Shown in pieces: positions 49,342 through 57,421 of a stretch of 57,421 bases of DNA. Below the pieces are notes generated by a model that saw nothing but the letters and a program-made list of their open reading frames with translations, did not search any database and was not told the DNA's origin. Source of the stretch: an uncultured Acidimicrobiaceae bacterium. Lineage in GTDB: Bacteria; Actinomycetota; Acidimicrobiia; Spongiisociales; UBA5794. Position numbers and translations under genes: made by a program. The stretch covers positions 1-57,421 of the forward strand of contig CAZQUB010000002.1 of assembly GCA_964596225.1 (NCBI GenBank), written 5' to 3'. The stretch's first letter is position 1. Each line of letters starts with the position of its first letter.

Positions 49342-50010
49342 TCACCCCGCCAGGGGCACCACGTAGCGGTACGCCACCAGGTAGTGAAGACCGGAGGCGG
49401 CCACCACCAGCACGTGGAACAGCTCATGGGAGGAGAACACCCGAGGCCACAGCCGGGGCCATCCGGTGACGAGGAACACCATTCCCACCGTGTAGAGCAC
49501 GCCGCCGAGTCCGATCAGGAGCACGGCGAGGACTCCGGCGCGCTGGGCGACCGGCACCATGATCGGTACTGCGAGCCACCCGAGAACGACCATGAGGACG
49601 ATGGAGAAGGCGTTGCGATCGACCGTGCGCATTGCGAGCTTGTGGACGATGCCGACGATCGCCACCGACCACACCACGATCACGGTGGTGAGGCGCCAGG
49701 CCCCGTCGAGCACGATGATGGCGATCGGCGTGTACGACGAGGCGATGAGCACGAAGATCATCGAGTGGTCGGCCCGCCGCATCCGTCGTTTCCACACCTC
49801 CCGCCACGGGATGGAGTGGTAGAGGGAACTGGTGGTGTAGAGCGCCAGCATCCCCAACCCGAAGACGAGCACCGCGATGCGGGCCGGCCACGTCGGGGCG
49901 CGCACCATGAGGACCACGGTGCCGACCACGGCCGCCACGGCCGCGGTTCCGTGCAGGAACCCGCGAACGGGATTCTGCATCTTGCCGAGCGAGATCCTGG
50001 GCGATGTCAC
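49342..50010 (-). CDS. Hemolysin III / PAQR-family membrane protein
   Basis: 222 aa, 7 TM. Family motifs LYTTSSLYH, RRADHSMIFVLIA..SYTP, SHELFHVLV. Confidence 0.88.
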   Translation of the reverse strand: MTSPRISLGKMQNPVRGFLHGTAAVAAVVGTVVLMVRAPTWPARIAVLVFGLGMLALYTTSSLYHSIPWREVWKRRMRRADHSMIFVLIASSYTPIAIIVLDGAWRLTTVIVVWSVAIVGIVHKLAMRTVDRNAFSIVLMVVLGWLAVPIMVPVAQRAGVLAVLLIGLGGVLYTVGMVFLVTGWPRLWPRVFSSHELFHVLVVAASGLHYLVAYRYVVPLAG

Positions 50011-50134
50011 GAAGGCAGGCTACCGGAGCGGCAGAGTTTTGAGAGATCAGAGCGCGGGGCGCGCTCCTCACCCGGTCGGGCTCCGAAGGCCCGATCCCTC
50101 ACCGGTGGCGACGGCCTCGGGTACGGGTGAGCGC

Positions 50135-50524
50135 TCAGCTCCCCCGTGTCATGCCTGCCCGACGCAACACCGCGGCCGGAACTCCCGCCTCACGCCACGC
50201 CGCGTAGCTGATGCCCTTCCGCTCCGAGTAGTTGACCACGGTGGCGACGAAGCCATCTTCCAACTCGGCGGCGTCGGCCGCGTTGGCTGCCTTCGCCAGG
50301 CTCTCTTCGATCTCGAGCTTCTTCTGCGTCAGGTCGACCCGCTTCAGCGGATCCTGCGTTGCGGCGACTTGTTCGTTGAGCCGAGCCAAACGCTGCTGCA
50401 GTGAGTCGACGGTGACAGGGCGACCGGGCTTCCGGCTCGCCAAACTCTCGAGATACGCCTTGATCGTGCGCGCTTCGCGTCGTCCCTGCGCCAGAGCGGC
50501 CTTGTGCTCTTTCGACATCGCCAT
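50135..50524 (-). CDS. Hypothetical coiled-coil protein
   Basis: 129 aa from ATG 50524 (GGAGG RBS 7-11 nt upstream). Helical and charged. C-terminal KGISYAAWREAGVPAAVLRRAG helix-turn-like segment. Confidence 0.6.
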   Translation of the reverse strand: MAMSKEHKAALAQGRREARTIKAYLESLASRKPGRPVTVDSLQQRLARLNEQVAATQDPLKRVDLTQKKLEIEESLAKAANAADAAELEDGFVATVVNYSERKGISYAAWREAGVPAAVLRRAGMTRGS

Positions 50525-50678
50525 GTAATGAACCTCCAGAGGCGGGTCTGTACCCACTCATCCTTGCACATCGGGCGCTTCCATGCGCCTTCCATTGGTG
50601 CCCAGGCGTGGAGTGAATCGGCGGTCCCTTTATGAAAACCACTTGCGTCGGTACCACGACGCCGTCAATCTCGCGGTG

Positions 50679-51170
50679 ATGCTTCCTGACATGAACCTCC
50701 GGGCGGCCGCCGCCGCCGATCGGCCGTTCCTCACGCTGATGCTGGTCGAGGCGGTGAATTGGGCGCCGGGCCGCGAAATCTCGGTCGCTGCCGCCCTCGC
50801 CAACTCGTCCCTCGCCCGCTACGTCGCCGGGTGGCCCGGTCCCGGGGAGTTCGGGGTGGTGGCGGTCGAGGCCTCGGCCCCGATCGGAGCCGCCTGGCTC
50901 CGCCTCTTCGACGCGGATCACCCCGGATACGGCTTCGTGGCGCCCGGCATTCCGGAGCTGAGCCTGGCGGTCGCGGCCCACCGTCGACGCCGCGGGGTGG
51001 GGCGCGCCATGCTGGCGAACCTGGCGGTTCGGGCCCGGGACGGCGGCATTCCGGCCATCAGCCTCAGTGTGGAACGTGCCAACCCGGCGGCGGCCCTCTA
51101 CCGGGCGGAGGGATATGTCACCGTCGGTGGGGACGACGCCGCCGAGGTCATGGTGCGGTGGCTCGAATGA
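50679..51170 (+). CDS. GNAT-family N-acetyltransferase
   Basis: Acetyl-CoA motif LAVAAHRRRRGVGRAML and C-terminal ALYRAEGY. The start is ATG 50679 or 50691. Confidence 0.8.
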   Translation: MLPDMNLRAAAAADRPFLTLMLVEAVNWAPGREISVAAALANSSLARYVAGWPGPGEFGVVAVEASAPIGAAWLRLFDADHPGYGFVAPGIPELSLAVAAHRRRRGVGRAMLANLAVRARDGGIPAISLSVERANPAAALYRAEGYVTVGGDDAAEVMVRWLE

Positions 51171-51244
51171 GGCGGGCCGGGCGTAGCCACGCCGGCCGGA
51201 GTATGTTTCGAATGAGGCCAACCGAGTCCGCTACCGGGTGAGAG

Positions 51245-51907
51245 ATGGCGAACGAAGACGGACCCGACCGCTCTGCTGCGGAGCGCGTTTCGCCGCAGGA
51301 CATGGAGGAGGCGGCTGCCCGCATCGCGGCGCTGGAAGCCGAGCTGCAGGAGGCGCTGTTCGACAACGGGGTGCTTCGCCTCCAGCTCGACATGCTGGCG
51401 TCGACCGACCTCGTCACCGGGCTTCCCAACGCCAACGGCCTGCTCGAGGTCTTGGAGAAGGCCGTGGCCCGCCAGGCCCGCTCCGGTGAGCCGTTCGCCG
51501 TGATGTTCGTGGCCATCCCCGCCCTGGAACGGGTGGCGGAGCGCTTCGGGAGGGACGGCCTCGACGATGCGCTTCGGCATGCAGGAGCCCTGGTGGGAGC
51601 GTGCCTCCGCCGGCTCGACACCGTGGGCCGGATCGACGACGGCGGGCTGCTGGCGGTCCTGCCGATGCTGGAAGGGGACGGTGCCGCCGCAGTGATCGGT
51701 CGCATCGAGCACCTCCTGGCCACGGTGCCGATGGTCGTCGGCGACGAGGAGACGATCACCCTGGTCCCGGCGTTCGCGGTGGTGATCAGCGACCCCCACC
51801 ACCCGGTCGATCCGTCCGTCACGCTCGACGAGCTGGCGGCCGCCCGGGAGGCGGCCGCACCCGGCGCCGCGGTGGTGATCCGCACCGGGGTGGATCCTTC
51901 CGGGTAG
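51245..51907 (+). CDS. Degenerate GGDEF-domain protein with an N-terminal coiled coil
   Basis: 220 aa. DLVTGLPN start of the GGDEF fold, but the active-site GG[DE]EF reads DDGGL (GRIDDGGLLAVLP). An RxxD (RRLD) is retained at the I-site position. Confidence 0.75.
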   Translation: MANEDGPDRSAAERVSPQDMEEAAARIAALEAELQEALFDNGVLRLQLDMLASTDLVTGLPNANGLLEVLEKAVARQARSGEPFAVMFVAIPALERVAERFGRDGLDDALRHAGALVGACLRRLDTVGRIDDGGLLAVLPMLEGDGAAAVIGRIEHLLATVPMVVGDEETITLVPAFAVVISDPHHPVDPSVTLDELAAAREAAAPGAAVVIRTGVDPSG

Positions 51908-51952
51908 TGAGGCTCGGAGCGCTCGGGTCTACCGTGGCGGCTCCAATAGAGT

Positions 51953-52744
51953 GTGCGGGTGCGGACGCCCAAGGATCTCGTCAAGAAGTCCCTCTACCAC
52001 CTCTACGAGGCGCGCCTCCTCGCCCGGCTCGATCGCGACAAGCTGCCGCGGCACATCGGCGTCATCCACGACGGTCATCGTCGCTACGCCCGCGCCGAAG
52101 GTCTCCCCGACTATGCCGCCAGCTACCGGGCCGGCATGGACAAGGTCCTCGAGTTCCTCGGATGGACCGAGGAACTCGGCATCGAGGCCGTCACCTGCTG
52201 GCTGCTGTCGACCGAGAACCTGGCGCGGCCTTCTGAAGAGCTGGAGCCCTACTACGACGTCCTCACCGAACTGTTCGCCGAGATCCCCAAGTCGGCGTCG
52301 TGCCACGACGTGGCAGTGCGCCTCATCGGGAGCCTCGACCTCCTCCCGCCGCGGCTCGCCGAAGCGGCCAAGGCACTGGAAGGCGCCTGTCCGAGCGGCC
52401 GGCGCCGGGTCACCATCGCCCTCGCCTACGGGGGCAGGCAAGAGATCGTCGATGCCACCAGGGACCTGGTGAACCGGCTGGCGCAGGAGGGGATCCCCGC
52501 CGGGGAGATCGCGGAACACATCGACGCCGATAGCCTCGCCGCCCACCTCTACACCACCGGACTGCCCGATCCGGATCTCGTCATTCGCACCAGCGGGGAG
52601 GCCCGCCTGTCGGGGTTCCTCTTGTGGCAGGCGGCGTACGCGGAATACTCGTTCGTCGACGTGCACTGGCCTGCCTTCCGGCGCGTCGATTTCCTGCGGG
52701 CGGTGCGGGATTTCACCCTGCGGGAGCGCCGCTACGGCAGGTAG
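51953..52744 (+). CDS. cis-Prenyltransferase (isoprenyl transferase), resembling the short-chain Z-prenyl diphosphate synthase (Rv1086-like) type
   Basis: 263 aa. LYHLYEARL N-helix, HIGVIHDGHRRYA (family DGNRRWA), LLSTENL, YGGRQEIV, IRTSGEARLSGFLLWQAAYAE, C-terminal RRYGR. Confidence 0.88.
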   Translation: MRVRTPKDLVKKSLYHLYEARLLARLDRDKLPRHIGVIHDGHRRYARAEGLPDYAASYRAGMDKVLEFLGWTEELGIEAVTCWLLSTENLARPSEELEPYYDVLTELFAEIPKSASCHDVAVRLIGSLDLLPPRLAEAAKALEGACPSGRRRVTIALAYGGRQEIVDATRDLVNRLAQEGIPAGEIAEHIDADSLAAHLYTTGLPDPDLVIRTSGEARLSGFLLWQAAYAEYSFVDVHWPAFRRVDFLRAVRDFTLRERRYGR

Positions 52745-52765
52745 CCGTGCCAGGACGCTTCGAGG

Positions 52766-52943
52766 AGCCGGAGCCGGCTCGGATACACCAACAGCCGCCT
52801 TAACGGCGGCTGCCGGTGTGAGTATGGAAGGAGAAGGAGTTTCCCTACTGAGGGAGTCATCGGTGGCGAGGTGGGAAGCTTGAGCCGTTTTCCGACCCTG
52901 GACGAACCAAAGGCCGCCGTTGCGGCGGCCTCTGGCTCGGGCT
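52766..52943 (+). ncRNA. Candidate structured RNA element (family not recognised): closing helix enclosing four hairpins, two of them near-identical
   Basis: Lower-GC noncoding spacer. Long-range helix 52766-52777 / 52932-52943 (10 WC + 1 GU + 1 mismatch). Hairpin A 52785-52819 (core AGCCGCC-TTAAC-GGCGGCT). Hairpin 52842-52855 (TCCCT-ACTG-AGGGA). Hairpin 52870-52897. Hairpin B 52911-52931 (AGGCCGCC-GTTGC-GGCGGCCT). GU pairs favour the plus strand. Confidence 0.3.
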
Positions 52944-53004
52944 TAGACGGGAGGTAGGAAGGCATCCTGTCTGAGGTACCCTATCGGCGACTGGGCGCCG
53001 AAAC

Positions 53005-53568
53005 TTGAGAGAGATTTTGGGTACCTTCCAAGAAATTCGCGGCGCACTGATCGCCCACCTCGTGGCGCGGGCCCTCCGCACCGACGGACCCTTCTCCCTC
53101 AGATCCGGGGAGGTGTCAGACTGGTACCTCGATGGCAGGCAGACGACCTTCGACGGTGAGGGCGGCCGGCTGGTGGGCCGCTGCGTCCTCGCCGTGCTCG
53201 ACCCGACCGTCACCGCGGTGGGGGGCATGACGATGGGGGCTGATCCGGTCGCCGTCGCCACCGCGGTCTTGGCCGACCGTCCCCTCAAGGCTTTCTCGAT
53301 CCGCAAGCACGCCAAAGACCATGGCGCCGGTGGCCGGCTGGTGGGGCCGGTCGGCTCCGGGGACCGGGTGGCGGTGGTCGAGGACACCGTGACCACGGGC
53401 GGAGCCATGGTGGAGGCGATCGAGGTGCTCCGCCAGAGCGGCATCGACGTGGCGCAGGCGGTGGTGGTGGTCGACCGCAGCGACGGCGCCGCCGGGCGCC
53501 ACCTCGCCGAGCTCGGCGTTCCGCTGGTGACGCTGATCACCCCCGCCGAACTGGGGGTGGGGGGATGA
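53005..53568 (+). CDS. pyrE: Orotate phosphoribosyltransferase
   Basis: 187 aa. PRPP-binding VAVVEDTVTTGGA and GADPVAVA. TTG start at 53005, with an alternative TTG at 53017. Confidence 0.9.
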   Translation: MREILGTFQEIRGALIAHLVARALRTDGPFSLRSGEVSDWYLDGRQTTFDGEGGRLVGRCVLAVLDPTVTAVGGMTMGADPVAVATAVLADRPLKAFSIRKHAKDHGAGGRLVGPVGSGDRVAVVEDTVTTGGAMVEAIEVLRQSGIDVAQAVVVVDRSDGAAGRHLAELGVPLVTLITPAELGVGG

Positions 53569-54140
53569 TCCGGCTCCGGGTCGAGCGGTCTCCGCTTCGC
53601 CAGCTCCTCTTCGGCCTGGCCGGCGTGCTTCTCCTGCTGGCCGCCGTCGACATCGCCTGGGTCCACGCGGTGTCCAGCCCACCCGAGACCGACGCCGACG
53701 GCGTGTTCACCTCGGCGGGTACGGCGGAGCACCGCGTCGACATCATCTGGGGTTCCCTCTTCATGGTCGCCGGTGGGGTGGTGACGCTGGTGGCGTTCGG
53801 CGGCCTGGTGAACCGGAGACCGGTCGCCGAGGTCACCGACGAGGAGCTGCGGCTCCGTGTCGCCGGTCCGGTCCGGTCGATCGCCATCCCATGGAACGAG
53901 ATCCGGTCGATCCGTTCCGGCAGCGATGGCGACGATGGACGCATCCCGGCCCGTGTGTTGCTCGTCGACGTCGCCGACCCGATGCGGTATCCGGCGTCGC
54001 TGTGGGGGGCGGAGTGGCGCGACTCCATCCTGGTCGTCGACACCGATTCGTGGGAGGTGCCGGCCGAGCAGGTGGCGCTCCACGCCAACCTCGCCCTCGA
54101 GGCGCACCGCCGATGGGGCGTTGCCATCGGGGAGGTGTGA
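53565..54140 (+). CDS. Membrane protein with a bacterial PH-like domain
   Basis: 191 aa. Two N-terminal TM helices, then [25 protein letters not shown]..., typical of bPH domains. 4-nt overlap with pyrE. Confidence 0.65.
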   Translation: MIRLRVERSPLRQLLFGLAGVLLLLAAVDIAWVHAVSSPPETDADGVFTSAGTAEHRVDIIWGSLFMVAGGVVTLVAFGGLVNRRPVAEVTDEELRLRVAGPVRSIAIPWNEIRSIRSGSDGDDGRIPARVLLVDVADPMRYPASLWGAEWRDSILVVDTDSWEVPAEQVALHANLALEAHRRWGVAIGEV

Positions 54141-54141
54141 C

Positions 54142-54900
54142 GTGATCCGGATCGGGAGCCATGTATCCCCGACCGACCCCTTGGCCGCGGCGGCCGAGCG
54201 CGGCGCCGACCTGGTCCAGATCTTCCTCTCCAACCCCCAGTCCTACCGGGCGCCCCGGCTCCGGGACGATGCCGCCGAACTGGCGGCTTCCGACGTGGCG
54301 ATCTACGTCCACGCCCCCTACATCATGAACCCGGCGTCGCCCAACAACCGGATCAGGATCCCGAGTCGCACGACCTTGGCCGGCACGATGGAGGCGGCCG
54401 AGACGGTTGGCGCCGCCGGAGTCATCGTGCACGGCGGCCACGTCGGCGACGACGAGGACGTTGCGGTCGGGTTCGAGCGGTGGCGCAAGGTCTTCACGGA
54501 ATCGTGGTCGGTCCCGGTGCTGATCGAGAACACCGCCGGTGGCGGCAACGCGGTGGTGCGGGACCTGGCCAACTACGGGCCGCTGTGGGAAGCGATCGGC
54601 GAGTTCAACGTCGGGGTCTGCCTCGACACCTGCCATGCCTGGGCGGCCGGTGAGGACCTGACCGAGGCGGTCGGCAAGGTGCGGGCCGCCACCGGACGGA
54701 TCGATCTGGTGCACTGCAACGACTCGCGTGATCCGCACGGCAGCCGCCGCGACCGGCACACCAATCTCGGGCACGGGATGATCCCCGAGGACCTCCTGGT
54801 CGGGATGGTGCGGGAGGCGGCGGCCCCGGTGGTGGTGGAAACCCCCGACGACGACGGGGGACAGGCTGCCGACATCGCCTGGCTGCGGGAGCGACTCTGA
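54142..54900 (+). CDS. nfo: Deoxyribonuclease IV / endonuclease IV (AP endonuclease family 2)
   Basis: 252 aa from GTG 54142. TIM-barrel AP_endonuc_2 pattern ([42 protein letters not shown]). Confidence 0.88.
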   Translation: MIRIGSHVSPTDPLAAAAERGADLVQIFLSNPQSYRAPRLRDDAAELAASDVAIYVHAPYIMNPASPNNRIRIPSRTTLAGTMEAAETVGAAGVIVHGGHVGDDEDVAVGFERWRKVFTESWSVPVLIENTAGGGNAVVRDLANYGPLWEAIGEFNVGVCLDTCHAWAAGEDLTEAVGKVRAATGRIDLVHCNDSRDPHGSRRDRHTNLGHGMIPEDLLVGMVREAAAPVVVETPDDDGGQAADIAWLRERL

Positions 54901-54911
54901 GCAGGCCGGGG

Positions 54912-56240
54912 GTGCGGCGCCGTCTCGTCGCCGCGGCGGTGGCGGGATTGCTGGCGTCCGCCTGTACCGCCGGGGCCGGGAGTCGTGAGGAGGAGCCGGT
55001 CGCCCTCACCACCCTGCCTCCGTTGACGACGACCACCTCCACCACGACGACCACCACCACGACGATGCCGCCGCGGTTCACCCTGGAGGGCATCGTGGTC
55101 GCCCCCGACGGAACCCCCCTCGATCACGCCGTGGTCACGGCGACGGGCGCCACCGCGGGGGAGGACCTGGCGACGGTCACGGGCAGTGACGGCGCCTTCT
55201 TCCTCGAACACGTCCCGGCGTCGACCGTGGTCGTGACCCGCCCTGGATGGGAACCCGCCGAGGTCGCCTTCGACGGATCGGCCGGCTCGGTGCAGGTGAC
55301 GCTGCAGCCCCGCCGGGTGCGGGCGCTGCGGGTGATCGCGGCAGCCGCCGCCGACCCGGCCACGTTCGCCTCCCTGCTGGAGATGGCGGACGATTCGGAC
55401 GTCAACGCCTTGGTGTTCGACGCCAAGGACGAGGCGGGCGCCGTGTACTACGCCACCGAGGTGCAGGAGGCGGCGGACATCGGCGCGGTCGAGCCCCTCT
55501 ACGACCCGGCCGAGCTGGTGGCGGACGCCCACCGCCACGACCTCTACACGATTGCGCGGATCGCGGTCTTCGAGGATCCGGTGCGGGCCCGGCAGCGGTC
55601 GGAGCACAAGCTGGCCGGGTCGTGGATGGACCCCACCGACGAGAGCAACTGGGAGTATCCGCTGCAGCTCGCCGTCGAGGCGTGCACGCTCGGCTTCGAC
55701 GAGATCCAATTCGACTACGTCCGGTTCCCGGCGGGCGTGACGGGGCAGGCGGCCCGCAGCAGCCATCCCACCACCCAGGCCGAGCGGATCGCGGCGGTGG
55801 TCGGGTTCCTCGACGAGGCGCGGGCCCGGCTCCATCCGGTGGGATGCGCGGTGGCGGCGGACATCTTCGCCATCGTGCTGTCGTCACCCGACGATCAGGG
55901 CATCGGCCAGCGACCCGAGGAGCTGTCGGAGGCGGTCGACGTGATCAGCCCGATGGTCTACCCGAACCACTACGACGACGGGTGGCTCGGCTTCGCCGAT
56001 CCGGCCGACCACCCTGCCGCGGTGGTGGCCGACGCCCTCGACGACGGCATGGTGCGCCTGGTGGGGACCGCGGTGCTCCGCCCCTGGTTGCAGGCGTTCA
56101 GCTACTCGTCGGGCAGCATCCTCGCCGAGATCGGGGAGTCGGAGCAGCGCGAGCTGGGATGGATGCTGTGGAACCCGGGAAGCCGCTACGACACCGAATC
56201 GCTGCCGGTCGCCGGGGAGCGAGACGCCGCCACCCCATGA
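54912..56240 (+). CDS. Lipoprotein with a carboxypeptidase-regulatory-like beta domain and a putative glycoside-hydrolase (DUF4015/GHL-type TIM barrel) domain
   Basis: 442 aa. Lipobox LLASACT, poly-Thr linker, then NALVFDAKDEAG..., DEIQFDYVRFP, SPMVYPNHY motifs typical of DUF4015. Confidence 0.7.
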   Translation: MRRRLVAAAVAGLLASACTAGAGSREEEPVALTTLPPLTTTTSTTTTTTTTMPPRFTLEGIVVAPDGTPLDHAVVTATGATAGEDLATVTGSDGAFFLEHVPASTVVVTRPGWEPAEVAFDGSAGSVQVTLQPRRVRALRVIAAAAADPATFASLLEMADDSDVNALVFDAKDEAGAVYYATEVQEAADIGAVEPLYDPAELVADAHRHDLYTIARIAVFEDPVRARQRSEHKLAGSWMDPTDESNWEYPLQLAVEACTLGFDEIQFDYVRFPAGVTGQAARSSHPTTQAERIAAVVGFLDEARARLHPVGCAVAADIFAIVLSSPDDQGIGQRPEELSEAVDVISPMVYPNHYDDGWLGFADPADHPAAVVADALDDGMVRLVGTAVLRPWLQAFSYSSGSILAEIGESEQRELGWMLWNPGSRYDTESLPVAGERDAATP

Positions 56241-56241
56241 A

Positions 56242-56269
56242 GAAGGGGCACCCCTTGGGGCGCCCCTTC
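56242..56269. terminator. Candidate bidirectional intrinsic terminator hairpin between convergent genes
   Basis: GAAGGGGC-ACCCCTTGGGGC-GCCCCTTC: 8-bp outer stem plus 3-4 inner GC pairs. It starts 2 nt after the plus-strand stop and lies 22 nt beyond the ino1 stop. No U-tract. Confidence 0.45.
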
Positions 56270-56291
56270 ATCGACTCGCCGTCTGTGGAAC

Positions 56292-57401
56292 TCAGGAGGC
56301 CAGGTAGCGCTCCAGGTCCCCGTTGGTGGGATCCTCGCCCCGGGCGAAGGCCTGCACGTTGTCGCGGGCGTCGACGTCCCGGTACTGCACCGGCGGGCTC
56401 TTCATGAAGTACGAGGAGGGCGCCAGCAGCGGACCGCCGATGCCGTCGTCGAGGGCCCGCTTGATGCAGCGCACCGCGTCGATGACGACGCCGGCCGAGT
56501 TGGGGGAGTCCCACACCTCGAGCTTGAGCTCGGCGGTGAGTGGGACGTCCCCGAAGGCGCGACCCTCGAGCCGGATGTAGGCCCACTTGCGGTCCGACAG
56601 CCACGGGACGTGGTCCGAAGGCCCGATGTGGACATCATCGGCGGCGATGCCGTTGTCGAGCTGGGAGGTGACGGCCTGCGTCTTCGAGATCTTCTTCGAC
56701 TCGAGCCGTTCCCGTTCCAGCATGTTCTTGAAGTCCATGTTGCCGCCGACGTTGAGCTGGTAGGTGCGGTCGACGGTGACGCCCCGGTCCTCGAAGAGGC
56801 GGGCCAGGTTGCGGTGCATGATGGTGGCGCCCACCTGCGACTTGATGTCGTCGCCGATGATCGGGAGGTTGGCGTCCCTGAACTTGCGGGCCCAGGCCGG
56901 ATCGGATGCGATGAAGGCAGGGATGCAGTTCACCATGCCGATGCCGGCGTCGAGCGCCGCCTGGGCGTAGAACCGGGCCGCCTCCTCGGACCCCACCGGG
57001 AGGTAGTTGACCAGCACGTCTGCGCCGCTCTCCCGCAACACCGCGGCGACGTCGACCGGCTCGGCGGCCGATTCCTCGATCGTCATCCGGTAGTACTTGC
57101 CGAGCCCGTCGAGGGTGGGCCCGCGCTGCACCGTGACACCGATCTCGGGTACGTCGGTGAAGCGGATGGTGTTGTTCTGGCCCATCCACATCGCCTTGCC
57201 GATGTCCTCGCCCACTTTGGCGGCGTCGACGTCGAAGGCGGCGACGAACTCGACGTCACGGACGTGGTAGCCGGCGAGCTCCACGTTCATGAGGCCGGGG
57301 ATGTCCTCGGCGGGATCGGCGTCGCGGTAGTACTCGACGCCTTGGATGAGCGAGTTGGCGCAGTTGCCGAGACCAACGATCGCGACCTTGACCTTCTTCA
57401 T
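56292..57401 (-). CDS. ino1: Inositol-3-phosphate synthase (myo-inositol-1-phosphate synthase)
   Basis: 369 aa. NAD site [16 protein letters not shown] and actinobacterial/archaeal Ino1-type sequence throughout ([28 protein letters not shown]). Confidence 0.93.
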   Translation of the reverse strand: MKKVKVAIVGLGNCANSLIQGVEYYRDADPAEDIPGLMNVELAGYHVRDVEFVAAFDVDAAKVGEDIGKAMWMGQNNTIRFTDVPEIGVTVQRGPTLDGLGKYYRMTIEESAAEPVDVAAVLRESGADVLVNYLPVGSEEAARFYAQAALDAGIGMVNCIPAFIASDPAWARKFRDANLPIIGDDIKSQVGATIMHRNLARLFEDRGVTVDRTYQLNVGGNMDFKNMLERERLESKKISKTQAVTSQLDNGIAADDVHIGPSDHVPWLSDRKWAYIRLEGRAFGDVPLTAELKLEVWDSPNSAGVVIDAVRCIKRALDDGIGGPLLAPSSYFMKSPPVQYRDVDARDNVQAFARGEDPTNGDLERYLAS

Positions 57402-57421
57402 TGCTGTCCTCCCATGAGCAT

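Noticed and set aside
50135-51170. Small helical protein plus GNAT as a possible GNAT-toxin/antitoxin (TacT-like) pair
   Set aside because: The two genes are divergently transcribed rather than forming an antitoxin-toxin operon, and the small protein has no RHH/DUF1778-like features.
52732-52965. 77-aa minus-strand ORF and a 19-codon plus-strand mini-ORF (ATG 52824 to TGA 52883) in the uppS-like/pyrE spacer
   Set aside because: Neither has an RBS or codon bias typical of this genome, and the region is better explained by RNA secondary structure. A leader-peptide role for the mini-ORF cannot be excluded but has no support.
53003-53016. ACUUGAGAGAGAUU, a faint resemblance to the PyrR-binding loop (…UCCAGAGAGG…)
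   Set aside because: Only the GAGAG core matches, and the flanking conserved positions differ. This is not enough to call a PyrR site.

Overview
Very GC-rich (codon third positions almost uniformly G/C) actinobacterial-type chromosome segment centred on the replication origin. Transcription diverges from the rpmH-dnaA spacer (~13.2-13.6 kb). Leftwards (minus strand) lie dnaA-dnaN-recF-DUF721(DciA-like)-gyrB-gyrA-DUF3566, then a cobalamin-riboswitch-led BtuFCD-like ABC importer. Rightwards (plus strand) lie rpmH-rnpA-yidD-yidC-jag-rsmG-parA-parB. Next comes a mycobacterium-style ori-proximal block: CwlM-like pseudo-amidase, trxA, trxB, anti-sigma/ECF sigma, an MviN-type pseudokinase without a MurJ domain, then pcnA/cca. 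A GNAT/deacetylase pair, an orphan pilT and a Zn-ribbon RNase H sit inside that block. Further right are an arg operon (argC-J-B-R-G-H, no argD/argF), a membrane-lipid cluster (flippase-like UPF0104 protein, PAP2 phosphatase, degenerate-PAP2::kinase fusion, lipoprotein), an orphan sugar-binding protein and fadD. These are followed by a translationally coupled DASS transporter / soluble REC-cNMP-like histidine kinase / REC operon, hemolysin-III, a GNAT, a degenerate GGDEF protein and an Rv1086-like cis-prenyltransferase. The window ends with a ~260-nt lower-GC, hairpin-rich noncoding spacer, pyrE, a PH-like membrane protein, nfo, a DUF4015-like lipoprotein and ino1. I saw no transposase, integrase, CRISPR array, rRNA or tRNA. 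Many long ORFs in the supplied track are antisense or off-frame GC artefacts of the genes listed. The most noteworthy items are the structured uppS-like/pyrE spacer, the PAP2-kinase lipid cluster, the transporter-coupled soluble hybrid kinase and the MurJ-less pseudokinase. All functional statements are motif- and synteny-based readings made by eye, with no database searches.
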